Assembly: GCA_951406725.2 (NCBI GenBank)
Contig: OX597819.1
Span: forward strand, 51,026,001-51,090,000
Source of the DNA: Octopus vulgaris
Lineage: Eukaryota
Direction: 5' to 3'
Length of the DNA: 64,000 nucleotides
Numbering within the stretch: the first letter of the stretch is position 1; each line of letters starts with the position of its first letter. Shown here piece after piece: positions 12,282 to 27,289 of this stretch. The notes below the pieces were generated by a model. The model did not search any database. It was given only the letters and a program-made list of their open reading frames with translations, and was not told the DNA's origin. A program made the position numbers and the translations under genes.

Positions 12282-13516
12282 CGAGGGTCGGATGAAACGT
12301 TCATAGACCAACCAACATACTCTTTGAAACGTGACAAATGAGGTTTATTTTTCAACATAGTCCCTTTTGCACACCACATACTTATTCTATTTGTGCTGCA
12401 GTGCTTGGATCCCATTAGTGGTGAAGCCTTCATCCTGTTGGTCACAAGAGTCATCAATAGCAGATATGACATCATCGTCACTGTGGAGATTGGTTCCCAT
12501 CTATGTGTCGTCTTATGTTGGAGAACAGATGATAGTGAGGAGGGGCCAAATCAGGAGGATAGTTACGGTGATCAACCAGTTCAAAGCCACAGTCATGCAC
12601 AGCAGCCATTGGAGCCAAGCGCTTCTGTGCTGAAACATTGTCCTATATGAAACAAGACCCCTTTCATCAGTTTTCTTGGGCGTTTGGTCTTGACAGACTT
12701 TCATAATTGCCTCAGAAAGTTGGCATAGTACTATACATTCATGCTGTCTTTCATCCCCCAAAACTGAGGCCATCACCTTCCCTGCAGATAAAAAGATCTT
12801 GGCCTTCTTTAGAGTAGGTGGGGAGGGATGTTTCCACTGCATGGGCTGTCTCTTCTTGTTTGGCTCCAAGTCATGAAGCCAACACTCGTTCAAGGTTAGA
12901 AAACGTTCAAAGAAGCCAGCTGGACCTGCCTCAAACAATGTCAGATTTTCCTGTGATGTAATCAGCCTGGCGCACTTCTGATCAAGTGTCAGAAGACATG
13001 GCCTTCTCCGAGCAGAAACCTTCGTCATATCGAGTTCATTGTGCAGGATATTCTCAACTCTCCCACATGATATGCTAATATCGTTAGTTAGTTAGTTGAT
13101 TTATAATCAATCACCTGTCATCTATCATAATGAGGTGAGCACGATCAATGTTTTCCTTGCTGGTGATAGTTGCAGAGCATCCTGACGTTGGGTCATCAGC
13201 TGCCCGATTTTAAACTGTTGATAAAGCTGGAGCATCATCCCGTAATGTAGCAACCATGTCAGCAAGACTGTCCTTGGAGACTAAACCCTATTTTCTACAA
13301 GTACATGATAACACCATGATGTCAAATTTTGTCCATTTTGAAGAAGAGTCACTACTTGTTACATACCAAGTCTTCTTTCATCAGTCAGGTGTTAGTTTGC
13401 GCAGGAAGCAATAAAGCAGCTATTAGTAAGAAGAGATGAAATTGTGGCGTCCAAGATTTCACAGTTCTTGTATCATTCCTTCAGAGTCATCCTATGACAT
13501 TTTCAGTCCACCCTTG
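12282..13516 (-). mobile_element. Full-length decayed mariner DNA transposon
   Basis: TA at 12280-81 and 13517-18; imperfect TIRs (CGAGGGTCGGATGAAACGTTCATAG vs CAAGGGTGGACTGAAAATGTCATAG, about 18/25); ~1.24 kb. Confidence 0.88.
12330..13340 (-). pseudogene. mariner transposase, frameshifted
   Basis: KVSARR..LLTLDQK..R, ..ECWLH..EP..KRQ.MQWKH..P..KKAK...SAGKVMASV, and YPPDLAP.HYHLF (YSPDLAPSDY motif) at ~12520-12570. Confidence 0.88.
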
Positions 13517-13519
13517 TAA

Positions 13520-13725
13520 TTTCGGCAGAACATTCGATAAATGTTGGAAGAACATTCGATAAAATACCTTGCGGTATTTACTTGCGTCTGTTTTACGCCC
13601 CCCGGTTCGAACGTTGCAAAGATCAACTTCACTAGATTCCATGCAATAAATATCGACCAAATTAGTGAGGCTGATACACATGGAGGGGTAACTCAAATCG
13701 GAGAGTCCTGTCAAAATTTATGGTG
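13520..13725 (+). mobile_element. SINE family A, old
   Basis: GGCAGAAC..GCGGTATTT..CGTCTGTTTTACG..GGTTCGAA. Confidence 0.55.
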
Positions 13726-14541
13726 ATGCCGTCTTTTACATATTATATATTCCGTAAATAGATAGAACATTGAATTAAACAGGATGACAATAGTGGGCAG
13801 CAGCATTATAATCTCCCGAAAGGAAACCAACGTAAATTTGGAACCAAAATAGACAGAAAATAAAAGTAACCATTAAGAAAATCCATTTCCTAGTTTACAA
13901 GCAACAACGAATGAATGTCAGCTTCGTTTACATAACAACACTAATACGAATTTCTGCTGGAATTTCTTTTTAACAGCATAAAAGAGAGAAAGAAGAAGTT
14001 TAAACACATGATGTTTTATAACAAAACAAAGCATAAGAAACAAGAGGAACACATATTATACCTAAAACCTGACAGAAACGAATTGAAGGGTGTCACGTTT
14101 GAAAAAAAGCAACGAACGATAGTGACTTTAGATTGGCACAACAGTTATTGGTTTGCAAACTAAACTTATTTATAGATCGTATAGAGACAAACACATCTAC
14201 ACATCGATACGCACGTGCGTATGTATACGTATATGTTGTGTGTTTGTGTGTATACATATATAATTGTGCACCTATGTTCATGTTAAAATGTATATAGACA
14301 CACATGTAAAATATGTATACGTTTATACAGGTCCACATATAAATATGTACATATGCACATAAACATATATACACACATCCGCATATATCTGTGCATACAC
14401 ACACACACACACACGCATATGTATATACATGCCTGGACGTATGTATAAATTGTTAAGATAAAAGAGTACACTACAAAATCTAGAGTTAAAATACACATAC
14501 ACACACACGCAAACATATACATACATACGTGTATGAATGTG

Positions 14542-14615
<74 letters not shown>

Positions 14616-14685
14616 CATGTATGTTTGTATACATATATGTGTGTGTGCGTGCGTGTATATATATACATATGTGTGTGTGTGTATG

Positions 14686-14720
<35 letters not shown>

Positions 14721-14894
14721 ATGTATATATTCTTTTCATGAACCATTCCGTTTTGTATAATAAAAGTTTAGGATAGGCTTTCTTATTCGGTATTGGTATA
14801 TCTTTCATTTACAATGGCAAATCCAACTAGTTCCTTCTCTATCGCTGTAGAGTGCTGCTCTCTTCCCTTGAAAAGAACCGAATGTAAATGGGGA

Positions 14895-15145
14895 AATGAC
14901 ATGATTAGCAGAATTGCTAGAGTGCCGGTTAAATGCTTTACTGTGTCTCTCTCGGCTCGTATTTTATGTTCTGACCGAATTCAGATTTGTGTTCTGACCG
15001 AGTTCAGATCTTATCAAGTTCAGATTTGCCTTAGATTCTGTTGAACTCAGTAAAATAAAATAGCGGTCATGCGCTGGGGTCCATATAAAATTGACTATCC
15101 TCCTTTCTCTCAAAATAGCTGGGCCTGTGCCTAAAATAGAAATAA
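14895..15145 (+). mobile_element. SINE family A, old
   Basis: TAGCAGAATTGCTAGAGTGCCGG head and GGCCTGTGCCTAAAATAGAAA tail. Confidence 0.55.
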
Positions 15146-15159
15146 TTATTTTAAACTCA

Positions 15160-15700
15160 CTTGTACTTGTTCTTGCGGCGGTATTCACCCGGGATGGTGT
15201 GAGCCGGCAGCTGCCAGCTAGTTTACTTCATCATTCATGAATGCTGACCCCATCCGACGGTCGGCCGCAGTCGGTTTCACTCTCGGTTTCACTGTCGAAG
15301 ATCATAGCTGCAGGGGCTCGATTGTGCTTCCGCCTCTACATTTAACGTCACCCTCTACGTCTTCTGTAGTCCTCCAGCTCGTTTGCATTAGCCTGGGAGG
15401 GGAGCTGAATTGACTGTCTTGCGAATGAATTCCCCCAGAAACTGACGGAAAGTATGGCCTAGTCACCTAAGACGTCTTGCGTGTAAAGCTAGTTGCAGAG
15501 GTCTCGTGCAGCAGCACTGTCGTATTTCGGGGACTAGAAATGAAGTCCAATGAATGTACACGCAAAATTCGACGTCCAGTCGACATTTATGCCAATCGGA
15601 CAGAGAATGGACGAGATTGATCTACGCATCAAACGCGCTCATCTACCGTTCAGCTATTTCCAGAGCAGCCTTTGGTGGCTACCAGAGAACAGGTTTCCCA
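15160..15700 (-). mobile_element. RTE-clade LINE, 3' fragment
   Basis: Minus strand reads RILRV..ARRLR*LGHTFR..PLPG*.KRAGGLQKT*.. (RRLRWLGH motif with stops); ends CCGGGTGAATACCGCCGCAAGAACAAGTACAAGT. Confidence 0.8.
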
Positions 15701-15754
15701 CGAAAGTGACTATTTTCCAAAAGCTTATCCAGATCATCATTTTCTATGGGAGTA

Positions 15755-16043
15755 GAGGTTGTGAGTTCTAATCCCGGACCGGGCTGCGTGTTGTGTTCTT
15801 GAGCAAGGCACTTTATTTCACGTTGCTCAAGTTCACTGAACTGTAGAAATGAGTTGCAACGTCACAGGTGCCAAGCTGCATCGGCCTTTGCATTTCCCTT
15901 CGATAACATCAATGATGTGGAGAGGGGAGGCCGGTATGCATGGGCGACTGCTGGTTTTCCATAAACAACCATGCCCGGACTTGTGCCTGGGAGGGTAACC
16001 TTCTAGGTGCAATCCCATGGTCAGTCGTGACTGAAGGGGGTCT

Positions 16044-16044
<1 letters not shown>
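15755..16044 (+). mobile_element. SINE family C, 5'-truncated
   Basis: Colinear with 28195-28485. Confidence 0.88.
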
Positions 16045-16086
<42 letters not shown>

Positions 16087-16264
16087 TTCAGCAAAATTTA
16101 GATTCAAATTAATATGAAAAATATGTATTAGTGGAAAACCTCTGTAAATGGCTGATGATTGCTCAACATTTTAAAACTGTTGTAATACTTACAACATTTA
16201 ATAAAATGTTGTAGCCTGAAACGATCGTACCAAATTACTGGAGATATTCTTGTTGCTTATTTTG

Positions 16265-16321
<57 letters not shown>

Positions 16322-16326
<5 letters not shown>

Positions 16327-17018
16327 ATATATGATACTAAAATTTTGTGATTGCTTGTCTGTGTGCTTGCTTGCGTGCTTGCTTGCTTGCGTGCTTGCTT
16401 GCTTGCTTGCTTGCGTGCTTGCCTGCTTACTTGTATGTAATTTAATACAGTCAAACCAGCTCATAGTGGGAAAATACTCTGAAAGTAAGAAACCCCAGAA
16501 ATGTGAATATAAATAGAATAAAAGAAGTTTCGAGTAAAACGGACCACGGATTCCCGAGATACGCGGGGTTTATTTCGGTTTGTTTCCACAAATTTAAGCA
16601 GTTAAACTTGGACTTATTGCCTTTTATCGTGAAAACCTGGATAGTTTTGTTTACAAGCTTGCTTGCTTGTTTGTTTGTCTGTAATTTAATACAGTCAAAC
16701 GGGTGGCGCGTAATAGGAGAATATTTTGAAGATAAGGTACCATTAAAATTTGAATACAAAGGAATTAAAACAAGTTTCGCGTAAATCAGATCACGGTTTC
16801 CCCGAGATACGTGGTTTTTGCGGGTACCTTTATGAAATATATAGCCGAACCGGTGCATAATAGGGAAAATGCTTTGAAAGTAAGGTATCATTGAAATGTG
16901 ATTACAAAGAGAATAAAACAAGTTTGGCGTGAATCGGACTACGGGTTTTCGAGATACGCGGTTTTTTCGGATACTATGAACTACATGTGGCACAACGTGT
17001 CACGGGTAGTCTAGTCTA

Positions 17019-17019
<1 letters not shown>
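16322..17019 (+). mobile_element. Non-autonomous Helitron (family H1)
   Basis: 3' hairpin GTGGCAC-AAC-GTGTCAC then GGGTAGTCTAGTCTAG|T; (GCTT)n near 5' end; internal repeats; inverted relative at 22267-23159. Confidence 0.75.
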
Positions 17020-17072
<53 letters not shown>

Positions 17073-17751
17073 ACCCTGTGTGTTTGTATTTGTGTGTGTC
17101 TGTCTGTATGTATGTATGTGTGTGTATGTCCCACACACTTCCTGCTATTCATATCAACGACCTCCTTGATGCCACATCCAGCGACACCTACTATTATATA
17201 TATATGAAACAACCAATATGAATGTCAACATTATTTTTCCTGCTGGATCTTTTGAACAAATCTGTAACCGCGCGCATGCACATGCGCATGTGTGTGTGTG
17301 TGTGCGTGCGCTATTGTGTGTGTATGTGTGTGTGCGTGCGCTATTGTGTGTGTATGTGCGCACGCATGTTCTCTAAGAGTCACGCTTAGTTACATGACTC
17401 ACAGAGACTGTACTATCGACACATAAGAGAGATTAAAAAAAGAAAAATTCAAGCTATTCCGCTTATATGTTCATGACAGAACCCAAATAAAACGTATTTA
17501 GTCATTGTATACAGACCGCCAAACCATATCTAAGAGCTCGATGAAGTCCATAGCAATAATCTTCTTATAGTTAATCCATTTATGACATTATTTATAGAAA
17601 TGATCAGTCGTTGACCTTTGCTGTATTTGTTCCATGCTGGTGGGTAATGAGAAGAGGAAAAGATTAGAAAAGGGAAAATATTTAAAAAATGTTGACAGTC
17701 GAAGGGTCGGAGCCGAAGCATACACTTTCATGTTTACTTTCTTGGAAGATG

Positions 17752-17753
<2 letters not shown>

Positions 17754-17834
<81 letters not shown>

Positions 17835-17887
17835 CCTACCTATCTATCCGTCTGTCTGTCTGTGTGCTTGTCTGTCTGCCTGTCTGT

Positions 17888-17933
<46 letters not shown>

Positions 17934-17992
17934 GTCTGTCTATCTCTCTCTTTCTCTCTCTCTGTCTGTTTGTATGTTTGTCTCTATCTGCC

Positions 17993-18055
<63 letters not shown>

Positions 18056-18073
18056 ATCTATCTATCTATCTAT
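17754..18073. repeat. (TATC)n/(TGTC)n/(TC)n compound microsatellite
   Basis: Direct reading. Confidence 0.95.
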
Positions 18074-18976
18074 CGGCAGATGTGTATATGCGCTAGCATG
18101 TCTGTATGGTCAAAAAATAAGCATAGGGATTTCAACAAGGTAATCATGAACACTTGTGTTCAGATTCGTCGTCTGGAAGGTGAGTTCCATTCTCTAATGA
18201 GGTCCTACTGTACCTCAAAGAAGCACAAGCACGAATGAAGGAGAGGATATTTATGTTTTCGGGGCTGGGGGTGATAACAGAGAGGAGGAGAAAGACCAAA
18301 AGAGAAAGACAACCTGTTGGCCTAAGTGGAAGAAATAGCTGCCAAATATCTCATATCAAAGGGCCCATTAAAATGTTTAAAAATGAAGGACACATTTGAC
18401 AACGTGGTTGCTAATAAAATATGCCTTATATTTGAAAAATAGGACAGTCAGCTTTGGAAATGTCTGTTCGATTAAATCTGGTCAAAGGCCTCACGAAAAC
18501 AAATAATATCTAAGCAAAGTTTCTTAGCATTTTACAATAATTTAAGCTAAGAAAATTAACTCAAAGGGATCAGTGTCATGCATACGGACATTTTTGTTTA
18601 AATTGTACAAACTACCCAACGCCATGAATGTTTTCTTCTCTTTTGTCTAAGTTTATCACTTGCTGAATTCGTAGTAAGAAAGCCTATACGGCCGTACAGC
18701 TGTCATCTAGACTTTAGACAAACGCTCTTGTCGTCAGCTGCATGGAGATGTCGGAAAATTGTCGATATTTGAAATTATTGTCGAAATACCACTATTTTTT
18801 GTTGCATGTTTCTCAGAGGAAAAATAATGTCAATAAACAAAAATAATTCTTTTCTATGATATTTGCTTGAACGTTTTGGTTTCTGCTGTCCATATTCAAG
18901 ACAGTGGGCCATTCTGAAGCATTTTACTTGCTGTTTTTCATCTCAATATATGCATAAATGAATATATATATATGCA

Positions 18977-19020
<44 letters not shown>

Positions 19021-19474
19021 AAAAAGAGAGAGAGAGAGAAAGAGATTGATAGATAGATACATACATACATACATATATACATACATAGATATATAGATTG
19101 ATCGATTGATAGATATAGAAACATACACAAACACAATCATAGAATATAATCATAGAACGCCCACATTCAATACTCAGAGTTTCCCGGAAGTATCAGAGAT
19201 GATTTTATTAAACTTACACTCAAAGATTGTCGGGTATCCTGTGTATGCCTATTACATGATTGTAATAGTGCATACGGCAATTGCCGGGAAGTAACGAGTA
19301 CTGAACGTCTGTATTTCACACGTGTATTTTACATTAAATATATTCGTCTATTTCAATGCTGATGACGTCTAGTGCTTTTGCTGTTACGCGGCGGGGTTTA
19401 TCTATAAACATATATGGATATATACGCATGTATGTATGTATGTATGTATGTATGTATGTATGTATGTATGTATG

Positions 19475-19523
<49 letters not shown>

Positions 19524-19585
19524 ATATATATACACATATACGCATATATGTATACACATATACACATGTATACATACCAATACAT

Positions 19586-19643
<58 letters not shown>

Positions 19644-20207
19644 CTCAACGAATATACATATATGTAAGTATCTACGTATGCATATGTCTATGCATATACA
19701 TATTTACATATATATCTGTGCGTGTATAAATTTGCAGTACTTGAAGCTTTTCAAGTAATTAAAGAAAATTTCAAAAATTACTTTTACAGATTAGACAAAA
19801 TATAGATTGATAGAAATTATATAATCTAGTAAAATATTTTAAAAACTAACTCGGTTTACGAGAAAATCATTTTCGTTTAGATTTTGTAACTTTGTTTTTT
19901 TTTTGTTTTTTTTTACTGACTAATATTTCTTTGGAGATGGGATGCAATTTTAAGAAACTCAACTTGAATTCTATGAATTCCTAATATGCAACCATTCTGA
20001 GTGAAATAACAATCCCAGATTAACTAAAGATTGCCAACAACTTTCTCAATCAATCTATTGAAATATAATGAATTCATTTGATTATATATCACTTTTTACG
20101 TATAATTATATAATAAATACGCATGTCTGCTACTGAAGTATAATATATTACAATCATATGATGTAATCGCCTAAACACACACACGTAATCCATATATATA
20201 TAAACAG

Positions 20208-20258
<51 letters not shown>

Positions 20259-20261
20259 AAT

Positions 20262-20293
<32 letters not shown>

Positions 20294-20467
20294 TGTATGT
20301 ATGTATATAATATGTTCCTTAACATGTCTGCTGCTTACTCGATCCACCTAACATTGCATTTTTATTCATCTAGCTATCGTTTTACTTCTAGCTTGGTCAC
20401 TCAATGTCTCTATCTGTCTCCCTGTCTGTCTGTCTCTATCTCTCTCTTTCTCTGTATACACACATAA

Positions 20468-20529
<62 letters not shown>

Positions 20530-20645
20530 GTAAATGTAATATGTGACAATTATACAATTATTCGGTCACATATTACATTTACAGATAAATTCCTCTACAT
20601 AATATCGAGTACTCTTTGTTTCTCTTGTTGTCTTACCGTTTTTAT

Positions 20646-20761
<116 letters not shown>

Positions 20762-20948
20762 GGAGAGACAGAGACAGAGAGAGAATTTACAAAAAAGCAA
20801 AAGACTAAGACGGGTGTGAAAACAACAAACAGTTGTATTAGTTTAACGCTCGAGAAGTATATATATATATATATATGCATACATACATACATAAATATAT
20901 ACTAACACCCACTCTCTGAATGTATACAATTATTTATGTATGTATGTA

Positions 20949-20988
<40 letters not shown>

Positions 20989-21099
20989 TACATACATACA
21001 TAAATATATACTAACACCCACTCTCTGTATGTATACAATTATTGCAACACTAATTAGGATTACGTATGCATGCTGTGGTTATACAATCGGCTATAAACG

Positions 21100-21540
21100 C
21101 TATCACCAGGAACATATGTTTCTGTTAGGCCACATTTGGTTCCGAGTAATTGGTCGTAAGTCGGCTTAGAATATGAAACAAAACATTGTTTCATATTTTT
21201 ACATTCTTAAGGTATATTCTCAGGTAAAAGTCACACACAGCATTATGCATTATACTATTTTAACGGTGTTGGTCTCAAGCACTCATCTTATAAACAAATA
21301 CAAAGTTGCCTCGATGTCTCCGCGACAAGATAGTTATCCAACACAGTGGCGATCGATAACCAAACCTAGGGGAAGCGTTTGTTAACCGACATCATCGGTA
21401 TACAGGTTACTTTCTAAGAATATAAACCCATTAGATTTCAACTTGACTAAAAGTTATTGATACCGGGAGGTAGCGCCCCAATCGTCGTAAAGTCGATCGG
21501 TCGTAAGTCGGATAGGTCGTAAGTCAACGACGACATATTT
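21100..21540. mobile_element. Possible pogo/Tigger-like MITE remnant
   Basis: Reiterated GGTCGTAAGTC motif (~21152, 21499, 21515) resembling Tigger-type sub-terminal repeats. Confidence 0.4.
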
Positions 21541-21799
21541 CCAACTGCTATCTTCACCGAGTCAAGACGGCTTATTCTGTCCCTCTCATAAGCTGTCTCC
21601 TTAATGCGTTCAAAATAATTTTTCCATCGTCTTGACTTAACAGCCCTCATCGTTTGATTTTACCGTGTTATTCGCTTTGTCCTGTCTTTTACTGTTTTTA
21701 CTTGTATTGTTTTTACTGTCTTGTTTTGTTCTTACTGTCCTGTTCTTGTTACCACTTTTACCCCTGCGCAAAAAATCCCAAATTTTATTTAATTTGCTT

Positions 21800-22015
21800 T
21801 GTTGGAAGGACTGTTTCAAGGAAGTCGCGTCTTGTCCATATCTTCGAACGCGGAGTAGACGAAACAGGGACAACTGAAGAAGGGGAATATTCCTTGTGTT
21901 GTATGTCTTGTACTCTGTTCTTTCGTTGTTTGAAAAAAGTTAATTTCCATGTTTTTGTTTTTGTTTTCTTTTCTCATTGTGTTCGACTTTTTTTGATGTC
22001 CTGTACCCATATATG
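21800..22015 (+). mobile_element. Repeat family P2, possible Penelope-like terminal repeat
   Basis: Homologous to 31130-31330: GAAGT.GCGTCTTGTCCA..AACGCGG..AAACAGGG(G)ACAACTGA(A/T)GAA..TGTAC.CATATATG. Confidence 0.5.
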
Positions 22016-22144
22016 AATGTATGTATATATATATATAGATGTAGGTATGTACATATATGTATATATATATGCATATATTTATATTATATATATATATATG
22101 TATACATATATATATATGTATGTATATCTATATATCTATCTATC

Positions 22145-22196
<52 letters not shown>

Positions 22197-22214
22197 TTTC
22201 TCTCTGTCTCTACA

Positions 22215-22266
<52 letters not shown>

Positions 22267-22267
<1 letters not shown>

Positions 22268-23159
22268 TAGTCTAGACTATCCGTGACCCGTTGGGTCACT
22301 GACAGTTCAAGTTATAAAACATTGAACCTGATTTCAACATTGCATTCATTGAAATGAAAGTTAATTTTATGATGATTCAGTTAAATATTTCAATTCGTTC
22401 GTGTCATCACAGGTCTGGTTTATAAGTTCATGCTTAAGGTTTTATTGATTATTTACAGCATCTGATAGAAGTAGAACTTCCGGGATTAACTTGAACTCTA
22501 GTAACAGCATTTATTTATGTCATATGTGCACACTTCTACAAAAATACTGAAGGAATTGCTATATAACGTACACATAAAATTTATGGAAAAAATGTTCTCA
22601 TTTCAGGGTTATGTTACTTTCGGAGTATTTTCTCATTATGTACCGTTTCGGCTATTTCTGAAGGTAGCCCCACCAGAAGAAAAAAAAATCTTAAAAACCA
22701 CGCATCTCAGGAATCTGTGGACCAATTTACGCGAAACTTGTTTTATTTCGTCTGTATTCACATTTCAGGAGGATCTTACTTTCAGAGTTTTCTCCCATTA
22801 TGAGCCGGTTTGAGTGTATTAAATTACAGACAATCACGCCCGGAAGCAAGCACGCAAATAAAAATATCCAGATGTGCACAGTAAAGGGCAATAACTCTAA
22901 GTATCACTGCTTAAATTTATGGAAACCAACCCCCCAAAAATGCGTATCGGGAATCCGTGGTCCAATTTACGCGAAACATGTTTTATTCCGTTTGTATTCC
23001 CATTTCGTGGGTAACTCACTTTCAGAGAATTTTTCCACACTATGCACCGGTTGGGTTATATTCAATTACAGACAAGCACGCGCACAAACAAGCACGCAAG
23101 CAAGCACGCAAGCAAGCAAGCACGCGAGCAAGCAATCACAGCGTTTTAGCAGTATATAG
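22267..23159 (-). mobile_element. Non-autonomous Helitron (family H1)
   Basis: CTAGTCTAGACTATCC followed by hairpin GTGACCC-GTT-GGGTCAC; (CAAG)n near the other end; internal blocks match 16322-17019. Confidence 0.75.
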
Positions 23160-23752
23160 TCATACACATGTATATACATATGCATATGTGTGTATATTCT
23201 TTTGTGTTGTGGTCATACCGGGACGCCACCAGAATAAGTATGAAAGGCGCAATGTCAACCCCATGAGAATTTTAAATCAGAAGGTAAACCGAGAAAAAAA
23301 TACTACACCACTTTATGTCGTGTGCTAACAATTCTACCACCTTGCCGGCATTTATACAAATAATATATTTGTGTATAGCTATACACACTTATACACACTC
23401 CTTCATATATATGTGTGTGTTGTTTGTGTATATATATATATATATATATGCACACACGCACACATATATATATACGCACACTCATACACATGCATACACT
23501 TGAACATCCAAATTCTATCTGCTGGCGGACAGATCTGATGGAGTATACCAAAAAATAATCTTGATATGTCTTCACGTGCATTGATTTTAAAAAATGCACT
23601 AAATATTTCTTAGGCTATTTCTTAACAAAATCTACGAACATCTACAAGGTTTTTAATTCGTAATATCGCTTACATATATCTGCATGTGTGTGTGTGTCTG
23701 TGTTTGCATCTGTTTGTGTTTGTGCGTGCATATATATAGAGAGATAGATTTA

Positions 23753-23801
<49 letters not shown>

Positions 23802-24661
23802 GTATATGTACGTATAATAAATAAATATGTATATGTGAGTCTACATACATAAATGCGTGTGTATGTACTTGAGCAAGTGTGCAAATATGCATATATATTT
23901 ATATGTATCTACACACAAACACATACACATATATATAAGTATATATAAACGTACATATATGTATGTCAATATATATATATATATATATATATATACTCTT
24001 ATATACATACATACATACTTGTGTGTGCATAAAAACTCTACCTATATATTCACAGGCACATTATTCTCTCACACACATCGGCGTACACATACACATACAC
24101 ACTCTATCTTTCTCACACATACACATAAACATATTACTACATGTGTTCTTAATCATTTTAACATTTACTTTCTTTCCCCCCTTTACCGCCATCTTGTCTC
24201 TCGCTCATCAGTTTATCCCATCCCACTACGGTTTTCTCAGTTTCTCTCTGTATTTATCTTATTTATCTATCCCTCCCTTTATCTATTCCTGAATTATTTT
24301 GACTCTTTAAGGATATAGTGGTTATTACAGAACATTACATAATATATATACACACACACGCACATATATATACACAAACACACACACTTTGATGGAGTAC
24401 GTGAAAGAAAGAAAAAATTATTGTCTTGAAATGCCAGAGCGTGAATTGATTTTTAAAAAATGCACCGAATATTTCTGAGGGTATGTTTAACGAAATCAAA
24501 ATTATTTTTAATGCGGAAACCAACATATTTCCAACATACATATTTCACTACGCACACACATGCACTCACACTCTACACGTACATATATATCGTATAAATA
24601 GTTCTATGCACATATTGCATAAACAATTCTATGCATATATATATATGTATATATATATATG

Positions 24662-24710
<49 letters not shown>

Positions 24711-24935
24711 TTCTGTCACTTAAGAGGAACGGTATTCAATGTTTATCATGACAATATACATCGCAGTAATAAATGCAAAAATGCTGCAAAATCACTGCTG
24801 ATTGTTCTACGATTTTTGTTGACAAATTATCTTTTTTCACAATTGAATCGCTTCTCTACGCAAGAAAATATTATAGAAATATTAGACAACGATTATACGT
24901 ACACTTTCCTCAACCCGCCATATATATATATATAC

Positions 24936-25021
<86 letters not shown>

Positions 25022-26602
25022 ATCCACACGTATATGTATATGCACATGCGTACGTTGCACGTGTACGTATACGAGTCTGTATATTTATACATATACGCAC
25101 ATACAGACAGACAAACACACACATACATAAATATAATGCATATTATGCGTATATATGTGAGTAAGAATATTCTTTCATATGATATTGAAGTATATTTCCA
25201 TGCCTCCTTATGTTTTTGAATATACAAATGAATGCGATACATACATAAATACATACAAATTTGCTACAAAGCACAAATACACGCATGCACAACACACATA
25301 CACACCTCATGCGCTCACACACACACACACACACACAACACATATATATATGCTATTTTATTAAAGCTGAAGATGTTTTCGGCTTTAATAAAATAATATT
25401 TCGGTTTACCCTTTGCTATTCGAGTGCTATTTTCCCCAACTCTTTTTGAATCTATGTACTTACCTGTGTGTGTATAATATATTGATGTTATAAACGAAGA
25501 GATTTTCATAAATAAAAATAGCTTAACTATGTTAAATTCACGAACGTATTCCATGTATTTTCTATACGTATGGATTCGAAGTTTGACGTACATAATATGC
25601 CATGTAGCTCTTCGAGCGGAGAAACGGAATATAAACTTATTTTCCAACCTACTTGAAATAAAACCGGGTACGTGGCTCTCAAGCCAAATATTACATGTAT
25701 TTCTTTGAAATAAAAAACAAAAACCTTATCTAACAGTTTGGTTTGGTTTCAAAATCAACAGGGTACATATGCTTTTAAATTTTGTCTCCATACTCCTCAT
25801 GCCTTGGTTACAACTGTACGCCGTATTGCAATGGTTTACATTACATTTATTTGCAGGAATTAGTTGAGAATCGACATCTGTATTTATTGCACATACATCT
25901 ACCATTTTGCATACCTAATCTGGTGTGCAAAACAGGTTTAAGTTTGTACATGAAGAAAAGATCAATCTCAAAAAAAGCAAGAACTGTATATAAATTTTGA
26001 ATATTTGTTCTTGAGAATTTTATATTCTATGTTTTATTTCATTTATATTTGAATGTGTATGTGTGTTTTGTAAATACCCATGGCAAGGCTATAGAGTATG
26101 TCCTGTTTATTATGAGTCAGCCGCTGACAGAAAGTTTACGAGATATGAAAATAGGAGAAAGCCTGTAAGAAAATACGTATAATGAACATCTTCCGCTTGC
26201 TTAGTAACATCCCTGCACTGAGCCAGCAATCGATTAAAACATCTTTATACCAATATTGAAACAGTATTGCGTTAGTCATATATGACGAGTACACGATGAA
26301 CCGCGAATAAACTTAGTACAATTATGGGAAAATATAATTTAGCAGAACTCAAAATTAATAATATGTCACCCCTTGGTATCTTCGCTGAAAACATGTTTAT
26401 GACATGACTGCTTGAGAAGTTCTTAACTCTTTAATCCATATCAATAAGAGTGTTTGAAAAATGTACTTTAAACTAATGAAATTTTCGTTAATCTACAAGG
26501 ATACAACTACTTAGAGTAAAGACTTGTTTCTAACTTGCAGTATATATTTGGGAAGAGCTGTCTTTGAAGAACGATGACACGATACTAATTGACGAGAATA
26601 TA

Positions 26603-27108
26603 AATAAAAAAATAAATGCGCCCTTTTAAAGCCAAGCCAGACTCATGGGCCTGGTTTCCCGGTTTCTATGGCGTATGTGTTCCCCAGCTGGACGGGACGC
26701 CAGTCCATCGCAGCATTACTCATTTTTGCCAGCTGAGTGGACTGGAGCAACGTGAAATGAAATGTTTTGCTCAAGAACACAACGCGTCGCTCGGTCCAGG
26801 AATCGAAACCACAATCTTACGATCATAATACTCACACCCTAACCACTGAGCCACGCGCCTCCCCTAAATGCACCTTTTAAAGCCTAGCCAGGCTCATGGG
26901 CCCGGTTTCTATGGCGTATACGTTCCCCAGCTGGACGGGACGCCAGTCCGTCGCAGCATTACTCATTTTTGCCAGCTGAGTGGACTGGAGCAACGTGAAA
27001 TGAAATGTTTTGCTCAAGAACACAACGCGTCGCTCGGTCCAGGAATCGAAACCACAATCTTACGATCATGGTACTGACACCTTAACCACTAAGCCACGCG
27101 CCTCCACT
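26603..27108 (-). mobile_element. Head-to-tail dimer of tRNA-derived SINE family C2 inside one 17-bp TSD
   Basis: Two ~250-bp units; TAATTGACGAGAATATA at 26586-26602 and 27109-27125. Confidence 0.92.
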
Positions 27109-27289
27109 TAATTGACGAGAATATACAAACCAATTTCTGTTGGATGGCTTTCTTAACTACTCTTTGTGGGAGTTCATCTGCATTTTCGAAAATCTGAATA
27201 AAAAATAGCAATAACATAAGCCATAAAATACAGGACAAATGAAAGGAAACGAGAAAGAGAAAGACAAAGGGGAAAAAGAAAGGGATTTC

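Noticed and set aside
14790-14870. Minus-strand EQHSTAIEKELVGFAIV, vaguely like a gypsy RNase H motif
   Set aside because: Too short, no other LTR-element motifs nearby
20870-21043. ~65-bp local duplication
   Set aside because: Bounded by (TA)/(TACA) repeats; ordinary slippage or assembly effect
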